This document shows, in pieces, positions 63,162-64,000 of a stretch of DNA of 64,000 bases. Made by a program: the position numbers and the translations under genes. The DNA comes from Camelus ferus. Lineage: Eukaryota. A model generated the notes under the pieces. It ran no database searches. It was not told the origin of the DNA and saw only the letters and a program-made list of their open reading frames with translations. Position 1 is the stretch's first letter. Each line of letters opens with the position of its first letter. Location of the stretch: NCBI RefSeq assembly GCF_009834535.1, contig NC_045697.1, positions 100,628,001 through 100,692,000 on the forward strand, read 5' to 3'.

Positions 63162-64000
63162 CACAACTTGTTTATCCACTCATCCATCAGCGGACAAGTA
63201 TGTTGTTTCCATATCTTGGCTATTGTAAATAATGGTATGAAAATAAGGGTGCAGATACATTTTCAAGTTACTGTTTTTGTTTCCTTTTTGGATATATTTC
63301 TTGAAGCAAAATTGCTGGCTTATATGGTAGTTCTCTTTTTAATTTTTTGAGGAACTTCAATACTGTTTTCTCTTACAATCCACCAACAGTGCACAGGGTT
63401 CCCTTTTCTCCACATCATTGCCAGCACTTTATATTTGTTGTCTTTTTGATACTAGCCATTCTAACATGGGATGATTTCTTATGGTTTTAATTTGTATTTT
63501 CCTGGTGATTAGTGATGTTGAGCATCTTTCCATGTATCTTTTGGTTTTATATATCTTCTTTGGAGAAATGTTTATTTGAATCTTTTGCCCATTTATTAAT
63601 TGGTTTTTTTTTTAATTGAAGTATAGTTGATTTCCAATGTTGTGTTAGGTTTAGGTGTACAGCAAAGTAATTCAGTTAATACATATAATTATGTATAATT
63701 TTTAGATTCTTTTCCATTATAGGTTATCACAAGATATTGAATATAGCTCCCTGTGCTGTACAGTAGTTCCTTGTTGTTTATCTGTTTTATATATAGTGGT
63801 GTGCATATGTTAATCCCAAACTCCCAATTTATCCCTCCCCACCTTTCCCCTTAGGGAAACCATAAGTTTGTTTTCTATCTCTGTGAGTTTATTTCTGTTT
63901 TGTAAATAAGTTCATTTGCATCATTTTTTAGATTAATTTGATTATTTTTTATTGAGTCATATGAGTTCTTCATATATTTTAGATATTAATCCTTTATAGG
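62560..64000 (-). mobile_element. Antisense L1 (L1MA-like) 3' region with nested younger L1 (about 63604-63934) and (TA)18 at 63117-63152
   Basis: tacagtatttgtctttctct..gacttatttcacttagcataatg..ccatatcttggctattgtaaataat..tgatgttgagcatcttt; the nested copy starts ttaattgaagtatagttgattt. Confidence 0.85.

Noticed and set aside
1..64000. CRISPR arrays, tRNA/rRNA genes, prokaryotic operons or a second protein-coding gene
   Set aside because: None seen; no repeat occurs more than twice with spacers, and the window is a single mammalian gene locus.

Overview
Mammalian genomic DNA (AT-rich, repeat-rich, CpG-poor), most likely a cetartiodactyl and probably a camelid (inference from the protein and the young L1 family). 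It holds most of the interleukin-15 gene (IL15) on the + strand: a 5'UTR exon at 13923-14043, a 33.7-kb intron, and six coding exons (47844-47855, 48872-48969, 50283-50367, 55523-55567, 57527-57664, 60449-60559). All have canonical GT-AG junctions and splice into a 489-nt ORF encoding a 162-aa precursor (48-aa long signal peptide plus 114-aa mature cytokine). The first exon and promoter were not found and probably lie upstream. The rest is intronic or flanking DNA with L1, L2, L3/CR1, MIR, MaLR/ERV LTR and DNA-transposon remnants; most supplied ORFs are spurious. Most interesting: (i) a 10-uATG leader containing a spliced 51-codon uORF, in frame with IL15 and stopping 3 nt before its ATG, apparently formed by a 1-nt deletion fusing two uORFs; (ii) a decayed homologue of the short-signal-peptide exon 4A; (iii) loss of two N-glycosylation sequons; (iv) an L1 3'-transduction; (v) a betaretrovirus-like solo LTR. 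Human and mouse comparisons and repeat family names are from memory and need alignment. No prokaryotic-type system is present.
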